Source: a virus
Lineage: Duplodnaviria; Caudoviricetes
IMG/VR virus record: IMGVR_UViG_3300017747_002533
Coordinates: 1-41,726 of that record
Reading direction: 5' to 3' (one strand)
Length of the DNA stretch: 41,726 nucleotides
Positions 15,440 to 24,051 of the stretch are shown here, piece after piece. A program made the translations under genes and the position numbers. How positions within the stretch are numbered: position 1 is the first letter of the stretch; each line of letters begins with the position of its first letter. Below the pieces are notes generated by a model. The model saw only the letters and a program-made list of their open reading frames with translations, was not told the DNA's origin and ran no database searches.

Positions 15440-16492
15440 ATGTCACTTCGCGATAAACTTATTAAGAACAGTACAATTGAATTAACTTCTACTCTTGCGG
15501 ATAGCAAGATCTTTACTAAAAAGGATATGATTCCTACCCCAGTTCCCATGATCAACGTTGCTCTTTCTGGTAGCATTGACGGTGGTATCACTCCTGGTCT
15601 AACTATGTTAGCTGGTCCTTCGAAGCACTTTAAGACTGGATTTGCTTTGTTGATGGCTTCAGCTTTTTTAAAGAAGTACAAAGATGGCGTTATTCTTTTT
15701 TACGATTCTGAGTTTGGTACTCCTCAGTCCTATTTTAATACCTTTGGTATTTCTTTTGATTCTGTTGTCCATACTCCTATTACCGACATCGAAGAACTGA
15801 AGTTCGATATTATGAAGCAGATGAAGGATCTTGCTCGTGAAGATCGAGTAATGATTGTTATCGACTCTATTGGTAACCTTGCTTCAAAGAAGGAAGTTGA
15901 CGACGCTCTTGATGGTAAGTCTGTGGCGGATATGTCTCGCGCCAAACAGCTCAAGTCGCTGTTCCGTATGATCACTCCGCATCTTTCGCTCAAGGACATT
16001 CCGATGGTTGTGATCAATCACACCTACAAGGAAATTGGTATGTTCCCGAAGGACATCGTTGGTGGTGGTACTGGCTCGTACTATGGTTCAGACAATATCT
16101 GGATCCTTGGTCGTCAGCAGGACAAGGACGCTGACGGTATTCAGGGCTATCACTTCGTCATCAATGTTGAGAAGTCTCGCTACGTTAAGGAAAAGAGCAA
16201 GATCCCGATCACTGTTTCCTTCGAGGGTGGCATTAATCGCTGGTCTGGTTTGCTCGATGTTGCACTTGAAGGTGGTTATATCATAAAGCCAAAGAATGGC
16301 TGGTATGCTCGCGTTGACAAGGAAACTGGCGAGGTTATGGCTCCGAACATGCGCGCTGGTGATATTGTCGACAACAAGGACTTCTGGGTAAAGGTATTCC
16401 AAACGACTGACTTTGCCAAGTATATTGAAACACGTTACAAGATGGCAGTTGGCTCAATCATGACACAAGAAGAGGAAGAAGAAAATGTCTGA
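15440..16492 (+). CDS. uvsX: RecA-like recombinase UvsX
   Basis: AGPSKHFKT, YDSEFG, IDSIGNLASKKE, DMSRAK. Confidence 0.97.
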   Translation: MSLRDKLIKNSTIELTSTLADSKIFTKKDMIPTPVPMINVALSGSIDGGITPGLTMLAGPSKHFKTGFALLMASAFLKKYKDGVILFYDSEFGTPQSYFNTFGISFDSVVHTPITDIEELKFDIMKQMKDLAREDRVMIVIDSIGNLASKKEVDDALDGKSVADMSRAKQLKSLFRMITPHLSLKDIPMVVINHTYKEIGMFPKDIVGGGTGSYYGSDNIWILGRQQDKDADGIQGYHFVINVEKSRYVKEKSKIPITVSFEGGINRWSGLLDVALEGGYIIKPKNGWYARVDKETGEVMAPNMRAGDIVDNKDFWVKVFQTTDFAKYIETRYKMAVGSIMTQEEEEENV

Positions 16493-16778
16493 GATTGTCG
16501 GAGTCTTTACAAATGATAGCGGTAGTAAAAAAGCTACTGTTATAAAATTTGACCATTCAAAGTATATGGTACAATATGAAGAATTGAAAGGACCGACTGG
16601 AGATTTAGGTTATATAGAACCTTCACCTAATATACCAAAACAAATGTATACTGCTGCTAAATTGGCTTATGATTTACAATTTGAATCTAAAATACTTGTA
16701 ACAGGTAGTTCGTCGTTTTCAACTTTACAAGAAGCTAATACAGATGCAGAAAGTTTTGTATATGAAGACTCTGAGTGA
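16485..16778 (+). CDS. hypothetical protein
   Basis: Coupled ORF, AT-rich. Confidence 0.6.
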   Translation: MSEIVGVFTNDSGSKKATVIKFDHSKYMVQYEELKGPTGDLGYIEPSPNIPKQMYTAAKLAYDLQFESKILVTGSSSFSTLQEANTDAESFVYEDSE

Positions 16779-16953
16779 ATATGTTAGCGATGATGGTGTT
16801 CGTCAAGCCATTATTAGTTTAGAAGACGAAATATTCGTTATTGACTTTTTTGAAAATGGCGAGTATATTAGAACTGAATGCGGTGTTGATATTACGTATC
16901 AATTAGCAGTTGATCTAGCCGAAGATTTTGTCCTACACCAGGAGCATAAATGA
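16762..16953 (+). CDS. hypothetical protein
   Basis: Probable ATG 16762; ends AEDFV, resembling AESFV of the preceding ORF. Confidence 0.55.
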   Translation: MKTLSEYVSDDGVRQAIISLEDEIFVIDFFENGEYIRTECGVDITYQLAVDLAEDFVLHQEHK

Positions 16954-18353
16954 CTTTTGAAAAAGTAATCTTCAATAATCTTGTATTTAATGAAGAGTTT
17001 GGTCGAAAAACTATTCCGTTTCTAAAGACGGAGTATTTCCAAGATTACAACGACAAGGTTGTGTTCGATCTAATTGATGCCTATGTAAAGAGGTATAATG
17101 GATTTCCTTCTAGAGAAGCATTACTAATCGATCTTACAAACAAAGACAATGTAAACGAAGATGCGTTTAAGAAAGCAAAAGAAATTATCGAGTCAATATC
17201 AGAAGAAAAGGATACTGACTTGCAGTGGCTCCTCGACCAGACTGAAAAGTTCTGTCAGGAAAAGGCAGTTTATAATGCCATCATGTCCTCAATTCAGATT
17301 TTGGATGACAAAACAGGTAAAACCACGAAAGGGGCAATACCTCAAATTCTCTCCGACGCTCTGGCTGTTTCGTTCGACACGCACATCGGGCATGACTTTC
17401 TTGAAGACACAGATGCTCGATATGAGTTTTACCACACCAAAGAAGTCCGCATCCCGTTTGATCTTGAATACTTCAATAAGATTACTCAGGGTGGGCTACC
17501 AAGAAAAACACTAAACATTGCACTCGCTGGCACTGGCGTCGGTAAGTCTTTGTTCATGTGTCACTGTGCAGCTGGCAATCTTGTGAGCGGATTGAATGTG
17601 TTGTACATCACGATGGAGATGGCGGAAGAAAAGATCGCCGAGCGTATCGACGCGAACCTACTCGATACGCCTCTTGATCAATTAATGTTGTTGCCGAAAG
17701 ATGTTTACGAAAAAAAGGTTGAGCGTATTCGTAAGAAAACTGACGGTAAGCTGATTGTGAAAGAGTATCCTACGGCATGTGCGGGATCTGCAAACTTCCG
17801 CCATCTCCTGAATGAATTGAAGATCAAGAAGTCTTTCACTCCAGATATCATTTACATTGACTACTTGAATATCTGTATGTCATCGAGGTTGAAACATGGA
17901 GCCAACGTCAATTCTTATACCTATGTCAAAGCAATCGCAGAAGAGTTGCGAGGGCTCGCAGTGGAGTTCAATGTACCTATCGTCAGTGCGACTCAAACAA
18001 CTCGAAGCGGATATTCGAGCAGCGACTTGGGACTGGAAGATACATCAGAATCCTTTGGACTCCCAGCCACAGCTGATTTTATGTTTGGGCTCCAAACCTC
18101 AGAGGACATGGAGTCAAGAAATCAGATTATGGTTAAGCAGCTCAAAAATCGCTATTCTGATCCAGGGACTATTCGTCGGTTTGTTATTGGGATTGATCGT
18201 AGCAAAATGCGTCTCTTTGATGTAGAGCAAAGTGAACAGGAGGACATACTTGATGGTCCAGTGATGGATAGAACTAAGTTCGGTGAGGAAGATACCGAAC
18301 GCAGTAAGCCAAAGAAGAAGTTTGACAAGTCCATGTTTGCGGGGTTCAAGTGA
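16950..18353 (+). CDS. gp41: replicative DnaB-like helicase (T4 gp41)
   Basis: AGTGVGKS, YITMEMAEE, IDYLNIC, SESFGLPATAD, QLKNRY. Confidence 0.97.
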   Translation: MTFEKVIFNNLVFNEEFGRKTIPFLKTEYFQDYNDKVVFDLIDAYVKRYNGFPSREALLIDLTNKDNVNEDAFKKAKEIIESISEEKDTDLQWLLDQTEKFCQEKAVYNAIMSSIQILDDKTGKTTKGAIPQILSDALAVSFDTHIGHDFLEDTDARYEFYHTKEVRIPFDLEYFNKITQGGLPRKTLNIALAGTGVGKSLFMCHCAAGNLVSGLNVLYITMEMAEEKIAERIDANLLDTPLDQLMLLPKDVYEKKVERIRKKTDGKLIVKEYPTACAGSANFRHLLNELKIKKSFTPDIIYIDYLNICMSSRLKHGANVNSYTYVKAIAEELRGLAVEFNVPIVSATQTTRSGYSSSDLGLEDTSESFGLPATADFMFGLQTSEDMESRNQIMVKQLKNRYSDPGTIRRFVIGIDRSKMRLFDVEQSEQEDILDGPVMDRTKFGEEDTERSKPKKKFDKSMFAGFK

Positions 18354-18556
18354 TGAATTATCGAGTAGTAGAAGGAAGCAATTTCACCGTAGTCGAAACT
18401 GCAACTGACCATATCATCAAAACTTATAAAACGCTAAAGGAGGCTAAGTCCTTTATGCGATATCTAAACCTTGGTGGTGGTTTCGATGGATTTACTCCTG
18501 AATTTATTTTAAAAAAAGTTGAATATAAGCCGAAAAAGAATAAGAGAGATGTATAA
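18350..18556 (+). CDS. hypothetical protein
   Basis: LNLGGGFDGFTP.F motif; coupled to gp41. Confidence 0.7.
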   Translation: MMNYRVVEGSNFTVVETATDHIIKTYKTLKEAKSFMRYLNLGGGFDGFTPEFILKKVEYKPKKNKRDV

Positions 18557-18559
18557 ATA
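18552..18559 (+). promoter_or_regulatory. T4-type late promoter
   Basis: TATAAATA. Confidence 0.7.
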
Positions 18560-18561
18560 AA

Positions 18562-18670
18562 CTCAAAGCGAATGCGTGTTGTGTCTGCAGCACAAGAGGC
18601 AAGTTGTATTTTACAGTCAGGAATAGTCGGGAATAACGGTGGGGTTCCGCCCGATCGCATTCGTTTTGAG
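18562..18670 (+). ncRNA. candidate late-expressed small RNA
   Basis: 15-bp closing stem CTCAAAGCGAATGCG/CGCATTCGTTTTGAG with internal hairpins, lying between a late promoter and a terminator; no + strand ORF in the track. Confidence 0.6.
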
Positions 18671-18675
18671 GGTAG

Positions 18676-18706
18676 GGGAGAGGGCGCAATGCTCTCTCCC
18701 TTTTTT
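18676..18706 (+). terminator. intrinsic terminator
   Basis: GGGAGAGGGC-GCAAT-GCTCTCTCCC followed by TTTTTT. Confidence 0.85.
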
Positions 18707-18732
18707 ATTACCTAAATAGAGTTAAATGAGGA

Positions 18733-20013
18733 ATGACAATGGCTTCCGTAAACTCTATTGAGCAGTTAGAAAATAGTTTGAAGCAACTTGGATACGGCGT
18801 ATTCAAGAGAGATAGCTCAACTAGATTAGTAGTTTACACTTCAGAAGAGCGTATATCATTTTTAAAATTGATGGCTGCTACTTTTGATGGAACATATACT
18901 CCTCAAAAAACTGGTCCTGGCTGGAGAAGTTCAGTCGGCGCTGCCCAAATAGGCAGTTTGATGATACTTGCAAAACCACAGGCAAAGGGTGGAGCAGCTG
19001 CTAGCGTATCATCATTAGATGCTAGAATTTTCACGACTCTTGGTACCAAAGGTAAATTCAATTATATGGGTCAAGATGTTAGTGTGGTTTCATTTACAAA
19101 AGCGAAAACATTAGCGGAAAGTATCGTAAAGGGGTGTGAAGCATCAAATATCCTGGGCAAAGAATATGCTGAAATGTTTGAAGACTTTTTCGAAACTGGA
19201 AAATTTGTTTGGGCACCATCCTTACCAGCACCAGTAGTTAACAAGCTAGGCGTGTACACTGGCGAAGTATTAGTTGGTTGGGTGTTATTAGCTAACAAAG
19301 GTTCAAAATTTTTCGAAAGTAATCCATTCAAGGGTGATGTTAAAGCATTTCATATGCCGACTGATCCTGCTTTCAGTGGCGTTGACAGTTTTGTTGAATT
19401 TAGAGATGGGACTTATATTGGTATTAGTTCTAAGTTTGGTGTCGGCGCTAAAGCAAGTTTCTTCACTAATATGTTAGAAAAAGGTATCAAAGGTAGAACA
19501 AAACTTAAGAATGGTGTCTTCAAAGATATATGTGATGTATGCGCGACTAACAATATAGAGTATAAAAAATCAAAAGAAATAGTATACACTTATGGTGTTA
19601 AAAAATTATTGAAATTGAACATAACTAGACCATCTGCCGTTTTTGATGCTATTGTTGCTGGTAAAAAAGATCCAGATTTAAATAAAGTCGTACTGGCTAT
19701 AAAATCATATCCTGGCGTAAACGAAGATATAAAAAAGAAATTGCCGAACAGTGTAAGTGCATTTTTTAACAGAACGATTGCAGATAAATTGAACAAAGAT
19801 CAAAATAGTATTGAAGAAATTAAAAAAATATTAGAAGGTAAAGATTTCTTTCAAGCTAACTTGAATATTAATGAATGGTTAAAAGGTAACGTAAAATTTA
19901 AATTTGTGAAGTCTGGAAAATCGACGCTGAAATTCATTGGTTCTAAGAGCGCGATTGATGATACAAAATCAAAACAGGGCTGGATCAACTATGAATTATC
20001 GGCTCCGAAATAG
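18733..20013 (+). CDS. hypothetical protein, possible PD-(D/E)xK nuclease fold
   Basis: 426 aa AT-rich ORF; GE..., VDSFV....Y.GISSK resembles the D...(I/V)S.K variant; CCTAAATA upstream. Confidence 0.5.
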   Translation: MTMASVNSIEQLENSLKQLGYGVFKRDSSTRLVVYTSEERISFLKLMAATFDGTYTPQKTGPGWRSSVGAAQIGSLMILAKPQAKGGAAASVSSLDARIFTTLGTKGKFNYMGQDVSVVSFTKAKTLAESIVKGCEASNILGKEYAEMFEDFFETGKFVWAPSLPAPVVNKLGVYTGEVLVGWVLLANKGSKFFESNPFKGDVKAFHMPTDPAFSGVDSFVEFRDGTYIGISSKFGVGAKASFFTNMLEKGIKGRTKLKNGVFKDICDVCATNNIEYKKSKEIVYTYGVKKLLKLNITRPSAVFDAIVAGKKDPDLNKVVLAIKSYPGVNEDIKKKLPNSVSAFFNRTIADKLNKDQNSIEEIKKILEGKDFFQANLNINEWLKGNVKFKFVKSGKSTLKFIGSKSAIDDTKSKQGWINYELSAPK

Positions 20014-20049
20014 CTTTACTTTTATTCAAATTCGAGGTTTCATATTACC

Positions 20050-20658
20050 ATGAAAAGATTTAAAGAGTTCAAGGATCAGGGGATCCTAACGATATTCGAC
20101 ATAGACGAGACTTTGTTTCATACCACAGCTAATGTTATCGTTCGTGGTCCAGGTGGAGTTATTCGTCGCAAGCTAAACAATAGAGAGTTCAATAACTACA
20201 AGCCCAAGTTTGATGATAAGCTAGACTTTAGCGAGTTTCAGAACGCTGATATGTTCTATCAAACATCTCGTCCTATTCGCAAGATGTTTAACAGAATAAA
20301 GTTGATCATGCGTATGAAGAAAAACCCAAATTCAAAAGTAATTCTTCTTACAGCTCGTTCTGATTTTGATAATAAAGATAAGTTTCTCGCCACGTTTCGT
20401 AAGCATGGTCTGACCGAGATCGATGACATTCATGTTCATCGCGCTGGCAACTTGTTAGGATATTCTGCTGCAGAAGCTAAAAGAGTTTTCATCGAACAGT
20501 ATCTAAAGACTGGCAAGTTCTATAAAGTACGTCTATTTGATGACTCTGAATCTAATCTTAAAATGTTTAATCGCCTGAAGTTGAAGTACCCCAACGTCGA
20601 CTTTGATGCTTGGCAGGTGATTTATGGCGGCGAGGTAAAGTCATATAAATACCAATAA
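20050..20658 (+). CDS. HAD-superfamily phosphatase (Pnkp/RNA-repair type)
   Basis: FDIDET motif I, LLTAR motif II, conserved K, FDDS..N motif IV. Confidence 0.8.
   Translation: MKRFKEFKDQGILTIFDIDETLFHTTANVIVRGPGGVIRRKLNNREFNNYKPKFDDKLDFSEFQNADMFYQTSRPIRKMFNRIKLIMRMKKNPNSKVILLTARSDFDNKDKFLATFRKHGLTEIDDIHVHRAGNLLGYSAAEAKRVFIEQYLKTGKFYKVRLFDDSESNLKMFNRLKLKYPNVDFDAWQVIYGGEVKSYKYQ
20644..20651 (+). promoter_or_regulatory. T4-type late promoter
   Basis: TATAAATA 20 nt before ATG 20671. Confidence 0.75.
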
Positions 20659-20670
20659 AGAGGTATTTTT

Positions 20671-22659
20671 ATGATTGGTTTCAATTCCTATCTTACTGAA
20701 TCCTTGGATGTCGAGAAATTAAAACATCTCGAACATGCAGAGGATCACATTATTCATGGCGGGCACGAGGGCGTCAAGCATGCTGCGTCAACCCTCGAAG
20801 ATGTACATAATTTTTTACAAGGTAAGAAAACAACCACCAAGATCACACAGAAATATGATGGCGCGCCATCAGTAGTTTTCGGTCGTAACCCAGAGAACGG
20901 AAAGTTCTTTGTAGCTTCGAAGTCAGCTTTTAATAAAGACCCAAAGCTGAATTATTCGCCGAAAGATATCGAAGCCAATCACGGGCACGCTCCTGGGCTA
21001 GTTGAAAAGCTCAAGGCAGCATTAGAACATCTCCCAAAAATTATGCCAAAAGAAGGTGGTGTGTATCAGGGCGACTTGATGTACACGAAACCTGACGTAA
21101 CTGAAAAAGAAGGCAGCTATTCATTTACACCAAACACGATCACCTACGAAGCTGATAAAGATTCAGCTCATGGTCGTAAAATCGCTGCATCTAAACTAGG
21201 AATTGTCGTTCATACCAAGTACAAGGGTAAGAAGTTGGACGACATGAAAGCGGACTTTAATGTCAACCATGGTTCATTTAAACAGGATCCAGATGTTCAC
21301 ACCATTAATCCAGAAATCGACCAAGGGCAAATATCAAATATTGAAAGTAAGAAATATAAAGACCATATCAATAAAGCAACACAACTTTATTCAAGTATGG
21401 ATCCTGAAATATTTAATACTGTTGATGGGCACGATGTTAATATCAAAACTTATATTAATGATACAGTAAGAAACGATACGAAGCCTACTGCTGATGGTTA
21501 CAATCAGTTTATGAAAGCCAAGCTGCAAAAAGAAGTAGATAAATTAAAATCAGAAGCTGGTAAGAAAAAGAAACAAGAACAAGCTGATACGATACTTTCG
21601 CATATTAAAAATCATAAGAAGCAGCTTGGCGACATTCTTCAGTTACACGGTCATATGCAGCAAGCCAAGGACACTCTCGTTGGCGCACTATCTCGCAATC
21701 AAGAATTTAAGACAACAATCGGTGGCAAGGCAACCAAGCCCGAAGGATTTGTTGCAACTCGTGGCGGTCGTCCATCAAAGCTAGTTGATCGCGCCGACTT
21801 CAGCCGTAGCAACTTTTTAACTGGCGCTTTCCGCAAGAACGAAGAACAAGAGCCACCAGCTGACAGTAAACCAAAAAATCCAGTTGTGTTTTCGTTTGGG
21901 CGTATGAACCCACCAACAACTGGTCACAAAGTTCTTGTTGATAGAGTTCACGATTTGGCTAAAGAAAACAACGCAAAACATAGCGTTGTATTGTCACATT
22001 CAGTTGACCCAGAAAAGAATCCGCTGACTGCTGAACAGAAGCTGAAACACGCTAAGAGATTTTTCCCAAAAACTAATTTATCCGTAGCTTCGAAAGAAGA
22101 GCCATCTTTTCTTCATCATGCACAAAAGCTACACAAGGCGGGTCATGATCATCTGATTATGGTCGCTGGCTCTGATCGTGTTGATGAATATAAGAAAACG
22201 CTCGACAAATATAATGGCGAGGGCGAGGGTAAGCTGTTCAACTTTAAGAAAGTCGATGTTGTTTCTGCTGGTCAGCGCGACCCAGACGCAGAGGGTGACG
22301 TCGGTATGTCTGCTAGCAAAATGCGCGGTCATGCTATTACGAATAAGTTCGGCGAGTTTAAGAAAGGCATTCCTTCGCACATACATCCCGAGCATGCACG
22401 CGAGCTGTATAATGATGTTCGTAAAGGTATGGACATTAAGATCGATGCTAACACTGCAGCAATCTCACTAGGCAAGTATGCAAAGAGACAAGATATTATT
22501 GGTGCAAGAGCTCGTAAAGAACAAGAGCGTAGAGCCAGAATTAAACAGTCTATGGTAAAGCGTGGTATAAAAGAAGATTTTGGCATGGTGTATAAAAAAT
22601 CTATATTGGTTCAAAGTTTACTGCAATCTATAAATAGAACTCCTAACAACGGAAGATAA
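20671..22659 (+). CDS. fusion: ligase-like nucleotidyltransferase domain (DUF6267-like) + cytidylyltransferase-like (HxGH) domain
   Basis: KYDG (K61), YQGDL, EGFV (E358), KLV (K370); then FGRMNPPTTGH, VAGSDR, SAG.RDPD, MSASKMR. Confidence 0.75.
   Translation: MIGFNSYLTESLDVEKLKHLEHAEDHIIHGGHEGVKHAASTLEDVHNFLQGKKTTTKITQKYDGAPSVVFGRNPENGKFFVASKSAFNKDPKLNYSPKDIEANHGHAPGLVEKLKAALEHLPKIMPKEGGVYQGDLMYTKPDVTEKEGSYSFTPNTITYEADKDSAHGRKIAASKLGIVVHTKYKGKKLDDMKADFNVNHGSFKQDPDVHTINPEIDQGQISNIESKKYKDHINKATQLYSSMDPEIFNTVDGHDVNIKTYINDTVRNDTKPTADGYNQFMKAKLQKEVDKLKSEAGKKKKQEQADTILSHIKNHKKQLGDILQLHGHMQQAKDTLVGALSRNQEFKTTIGGKATKPEGFVATRGGRPSKLVDRADFSRSNFLTGAFRKNEEQEPPADSKPKNPVVFSFGRMNPPTTGHKVLVDRVHDLAKENNAKHSVVLSHSVDPEKNPLTAEQKLKHAKRFFPKTNLSVASKEEPSFLHHAQKLHKAGHDHLIMVAGSDRVDEYKKTLDKYNGEGEGKLFNFKKVDVVSAGQRDPDAEGDVGMSASKMRGHAITNKFGEFKKGIPSHIHPEHARELYNDVRKGMDIKIDANTAAISLGKYAKRQDIIGARARKEQERRARIKQSMVKRGIKEDFGMVYKKSILVQSLLQSINRTPNNGR
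22629..22636 (+). promoter_or_regulatory. T4-type late promoter
   Basis: TATAAATA. Confidence 0.75.
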
Positions 22660-22662
22660 ACC

Positions 22663-23976
22663 ATGGCTCAGTTTCGTAAAGATACGCATGAATACTTAAA
22701 AGATGGCAAAACAATTTTTGAAGTTGTTATGCTTGCAGATCAATACGGTAGCCTTGTTGGACCCGCTAATCCTTCTGGTGTAGCGGTAGACGCATTCGGT
22801 CGATCAAGAGTATCGCAGCCTGTAACGTTGTTTGATTCTTCACATCGTTACAAAGATAACGGATTGTGGGCGACATCGAATACAGCAGGAACAACTTATA
22901 ATTTTAATGCAAACGCTGGTTTGATAGAGCTAAATCTCCCAGTAACCTCTGGCGCTGAAATTATAAGAGAAACAAATAAAGTGTTTTCTTATCAGCCTGG
23001 TAAGTCATTGCAAATTTTAAACACTGTTGTTATGGAACCACCAAAAGCAAATCTTCGTCAAAGAGTTGGGTATTTCGGTGCTAACAATGGCATTTATCTA
23101 GAGGCAAATGGAACAAATATTGCTTGGGTCGAACGTTCTTGGTCAAATGGTTCATTAGTTGAAACTAGAGCAGAACAAGCAAATTGGAATGTCGATACAT
23201 TACTGGGCGCAGTTCCAACAAGCCCATCACAAAGAACTCTTGATATGTCAAAAGCGCAAATTATGTTTCATGATATCGAATGGCTAGGTTTAGGAACTGT
23301 TCGCTGTGGATTTGTTATTGATGGACAGTTAATTCATTGTCACTCATTCCATCATGCTAATTATATTACATCAACATATATGACAACTGCTTCGTTGCCA
23401 GTTCGATATGAAATCATAAATACTGGAACTACTGCTAGTAATTCCACAATGAAACAAGTTTGCACCTCAGTTATGTCCGAAGGCGGTTATGAGCTAAGAG
23501 GATTGCAGCAAGCCATTTCAACGCCAATAACGAATAGTTACTCTTGCGCTACAGCAGGAACGTATTATCCATTAGTTTCAATCAGATTGAAGTCTACTGC
23601 ACTAGATGCTATAGTAATTCCAACTGCTGCAGCTTTCTTAGGAAAAGGTAGTAACGTAGATTTTAGTTGGAAAATAATAGCTGGAGGAACCGTTACGAAC
23701 ACACAGGCATGGACCTCTGCTGGAACTAATTCTGCAATTGAATACACATTAACAGCAAATGCAATATCTGGCGGAAGATCAGTTGCATCGGGGTTTTTTA
23801 ACTCATCCACGCAGTCATCCGCACCAGTTGATGTTCTGAAGGAGGCTCTATTCAGATTCCAGTTAGAGCGTAATGGATTAACCTCTACACCAGAACCATT
23901 GACTCTTGCTGTTGCAGCTGGATCAAGCACCAGTAACTGTTTTGCTTCTTTGGACTGGGAAGAGATTTCAAGATAA
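22663..23976 (+). CDS. probable virion structural protein (beta-rich)
   Basis: DAFGR.RVS.P.TLFD, YQPGKS, EWLG.G.VR.GF, ends W.EI; late promoter. Confidence 0.65.
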   Translation: MAQFRKDTHEYLKDGKTIFEVVMLADQYGSLVGPANPSGVAVDAFGRSRVSQPVTLFDSSHRYKDNGLWATSNTAGTTYNFNANAGLIELNLPVTSGAEIIRETNKVFSYQPGKSLQILNTVVMEPPKANLRQRVGYFGANNGIYLEANGTNIAWVERSWSNGSLVETRAEQANWNVDTLLGAVPTSPSQRTLDMSKAQIMFHDIEWLGLGTVRCGFVIDGQLIHCHSFHHANYITSTYMTTASLPVRYEIINTGTTASNSTMKQVCTSVMSEGGYELRGLQQAISTPITNSYSCATAGTYYPLVSIRLKSTALDAIVIPTAAAFLGKGSNVDFSWKIIAGGTVTNTQAWTSAGTNSAIEYTLTANAISGGRSVASGFFNSSTQSSAPVDVLKEALFRFQLERNGLTSTPEPLTLAVAAGSSTSNCFASLDWEEISR

Positions 23977-23982
23977 AAATTT

Positions 23983-23990
23983 TATAAATA
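23983..23990 (+). promoter_or_regulatory. T4-type late promoter
   Basis: TATAAATA. Confidence 0.75.
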
Positions 23991-24051
23991 GAGGTGCAGA
24001 AAGCTACGGCAATCCTGCATTGTTTTTGGATAAGCCTACAGGGAAACTCCA

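Noticed and set aside
11860-18412. Long alternative-frame ORFs inside gp43, uvsX and gp41 (e.g. 11860..12381, 12664..13059, 17161..17514)
   Set aside because: They lie almost entirely within conserved core genes and have no recognisable motifs
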